From: Pyrinomonadaceae bacterium
GTDB taxonomy: Bacteria; Acidobacteriota; Blastocatellia; Pyrinomonadales; Pyrinomonadaceae
Reading direction: 5' to 3'
NCBI GenBank assembly: GCA_041748795.1
Contig: JBGTCM010000472.1
Coordinates: forward strand, 1-46,757
Length of the DNA stretch: 46,757 nt
Shown here: positions 43,726 through 46,757 of the stretch, one piece after another
Position numbering within the stretch: the first letter of the stretch is position 1
Layout: each line of letters begins with the position of its first letter
Notes under the pieces: model-generated
Seen by the model: only the letters and a program-made list of their open reading frames with translations
What the model was told of the DNA's origin: nothing
The model's database searches: none
Program-made: the position numbers and the translations under genes

Positions 43726-44471
43726 ACCCTGGCAGACGAAAGCTTTGACGCTGCCTGACGATCCACTAGCCACGTAACTGAGCCAGACTCCGGTCTGATC
43801 AGTTGTGCGGGCAGCTGCTCCGGATGTGACGGTCCTTCGAGGACGGTGGCGAGCGCTTGGGCCTTATCAGCGCCCGTCACCAAAAAATCCACGTTGGCCG
43901 CAGCGTTGATTGCAGGCGCTGTGAGCGTGAGGCGAGAGGATTGAAACTCGTCGATCCAGTTCGCCACTACCCACGCATGCTTTTCGCTAAGAGCACTGGT
44001 GCCTGGAAACAACGAAGCAGTGTGGCCGTCTTTACCTAGCCCAAGCAAAACCAGGTCAAACCGAGGCCATTCAGATCCTGCAAAGAATTTCCTCAACTCC
44101 TTTTCATAAACACCAGCATTCGTAACAGCAGCACCGATGCCGTTCATCCGATGCACGTTCTCGTCAGGTATCGGCATGTGGGAGAGCAACGCTTCCCGGG
44201 CCATGCGGTAGTTGCTGTCTGGATGATCCGCAGGAACCATTCGTTCGTCACCGAAGAAGGTGTGAACTACGGACCAATCCACGCGGTCCTTGAACGCTTC
44301 CTGAGCCAACAGCTCGTACAAAAGCCGGGGCGTGTTTCCTCCTGACAGAGCCACGGTGAACAATCCGTTATCGTGAATGGACGTCTGCGCGAGTTTGACA
44401 AGCCGTTCAGCCGCCGCCATCGCAACTTGTTCAGGCGTTTCGAAAACCAGAATTGTTGGTTGATTTGACAT
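43710..44471 (-). CDS. pgl: 6-phosphogluconolactonase
   Basis: ALSGGNTPRLLYELL, FFGDERMVP and LLGLGKDGHTASLFPG motifs. Start chosen at MSNQPTILVF; the track ORF extends to 44525. Confidence 0.85.
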   Translation of the reverse strand: MSNQPTILVFETPEQVAMAAAERLVKLAQTSIHDNGLFTVALSGGNTPRLLYELLAQEAFKDRVDWSVVHTFFGDERMVPADHPDSNYRMAREALLSHMPIPDENVHRMNGIGAAVTNAGVYEKELRKFFAGSEWPRFDLVLLGLGKDGHTASLFPGTSALSEKHAWVVANWIDEFQSSRLTLTAPAINAAANVDFLVTGADKAQALATVLEGPSHPEQLPAQLIRPESGSVTWLVDRQAASKLSSARVQQFT

Positions 44472-44596
44472 GAGGACAGCTATCCGCAGATTACGCAGAC
44501 TCCGACAAAGTTGTTTTAGTCGCACTTAACACAAAGTTGTTTTGGGCGTCCCACGCGCTGTGGCTAAATTTGTGTAATCTGTGGATAGTCCGCGAG

Positions 44597-46027
<1,431 letters not shown>

Positions 46028-46124
46028 TGCGGTTTCTATTATCGGAAGCGATTGAGTTCAGGCCAGTAGTTTAGAGTCCAACCTTCAGGTTGTGGCTTCG
46101 CGACGCAAGCTTAAGCTTGAACTG

Positions 46125-46282
46125 GCTTTGCCCGAAAAGTAGCGGCGTAAACCGATCTCTCTGTGCAACCTCAGTGTCCTCTGTGGCTCTGTGGTGAATT
46201 TTGCTCGAAAATTGACCACCACAAAGACACAGAGAACACAGTGCACAGAGAAGAGGGACTTTAAATACTTTTCGGGCAAAGC
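46125..46282. repeat. About 158-nt imperfect palindromic intergenic element (ctctgtg / cacagag-rich)
   Basis: Perfect 16-bp outer inverted repeat: gctttgcccgaaaagt (46125-46140) and acttttcgggcaaagc (46267-46282). The inner arms tctctctgtgcaacc...gtggtgaatttt and aaaattgaccaccac...cacagagaaga are imperfectly complementary. Confidence 0.75.
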
Positions 46283-46292
46283 TGCTTTAACT

Positions 46293-46757
46293 CTAAACTA
46301 CGCGCCCTTCGCAAGCGGCTCGCAAGAGATCTTGAAGCGTGGTTAGTCCTTGCAACACATCGTCGCCCAGGTCAACCCGTATCGCGCGCCGGCCATGTGC
46401 CTGAAGCGCCGCCAGATCACCTTGAGCCTGCGCCTGCTTGAGTATGCTAAAGGTGTACGGCGCGCCTGGAACTTCGAAATCAACTTTATCGGGCGCAGTT
46501 ATCTGAATGAAAACCCCGGAATCCGGGCCGCCTTTGTGTAACTGTCCGGTTGAATGAAGGAACCTTGGACCATAGCCAGTGGTTGTCGCACTCCCCGTAG
46601 CATCGCGAAGGCCTACCCGCAAAGCCTGGAGCGCCTCATCAATCTCCGGAGTCTCTTCGACATACGCAAGGAGCGCCACGTAGTCGCGTGGCTTCACCCT
46701 GGCAACATGTTGCCGCAGAACTTCGGCTACTGAGCCTGGCGTGTTTTCCTCGTTCGA
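46293..46757 (-). CDS. C-terminal part of a glucose-6-phosphate isomerase-type protein (probably bifunctional transaldolase/PGI); 5' end lies outside the window
   Basis: The reading frame stays open from 46757 with no stop upstream of the track's GTG. The GYGPRFLHSTGQLHKGGP motif is typical of the PGI C-terminus in transaldolase-PGI fusions. It sits in a pentose-phosphate context with gnd and pgl. Confidence 0.6.
   Translation of the reverse strand, partial: SNEENTPGSVAEVLRQHVARVKPRDYVALLAYVEETPEIDEALQALRVGLRDATGSATTTGYGPRFLHSTGQLHKGGPDSGVFIQITAPDKVDFEVPGAPYTFSILKQAQAQGDLAALQAHGRRAIRVDLGDDVLQGLTTLQDLLRAACEGRVV

Noticed and set aside
46085-46279. A 64-aa minus-strand ORF (…LCVFVVVNFRAKFTTEPQRTLRLHREI…).
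   Set aside because: It is the literal translation of the palindromic ctctgtg/cacagag repeat element, not a gene.

Overview
46.8 kb bacterial chromosomal window, roughly mid-50s % GC by eye, with about 35 protein genes. No rRNA, tRNA or CRISPR array was seen. The organism may be a soil Acidobacteriota-like bacterium, judging from gene content and palindromic intergenic repeats, but that is only a guess. All domain calls come from motifs read in the supplied translations; no database search was possible.

Layout:
(1) 453-14678, all on the minus strand. A TIR-NTPase gene is followed by an FHA-NTPase-GAF-PP2C gene carrying a paralogous NTPase module. After a 472-nt gap come two tightly spaced giant ORFs (1777 aa and 1314 aa) with no motif I can recognise. 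This is my top candidate for an undescribed conflict or signalling system.
(2) 15228-26432, a redox/heme cluster. It holds a membrane-anchored two-CXXCH cytochrome c, a DyP peroxidase, an internally duplicated membrane protein, a GMC flavoenzyme and an epoxide-hydrolase-like alpha/beta hydrolase. Divergently transcribed from these are a catalase-related heme protein and a patatin-like lipase.
(3) A membrane-PAS-GGDEF-EAL protein.
(4) An ORF-less group IIC intron inserted just after the trxA terminator.
(5) Housekeeping and envelope genes: trxA, rpoD, an Rrf2 regulator, acyltransferase-3, a LysM membrane protein and an M2 (ACE-like) lipoprotein peptidase.
(6) A stress-type patch of small proteins plus an SDR, then bacterial topoisomerase IB.
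(7) Pentose-phosphate genes pgl and gnd, plus the 3' part of a transaldolase/PGI-type gene that runs off the window.

Several intergenic palindromic repeats are present. One of them begins exactly at base 1.
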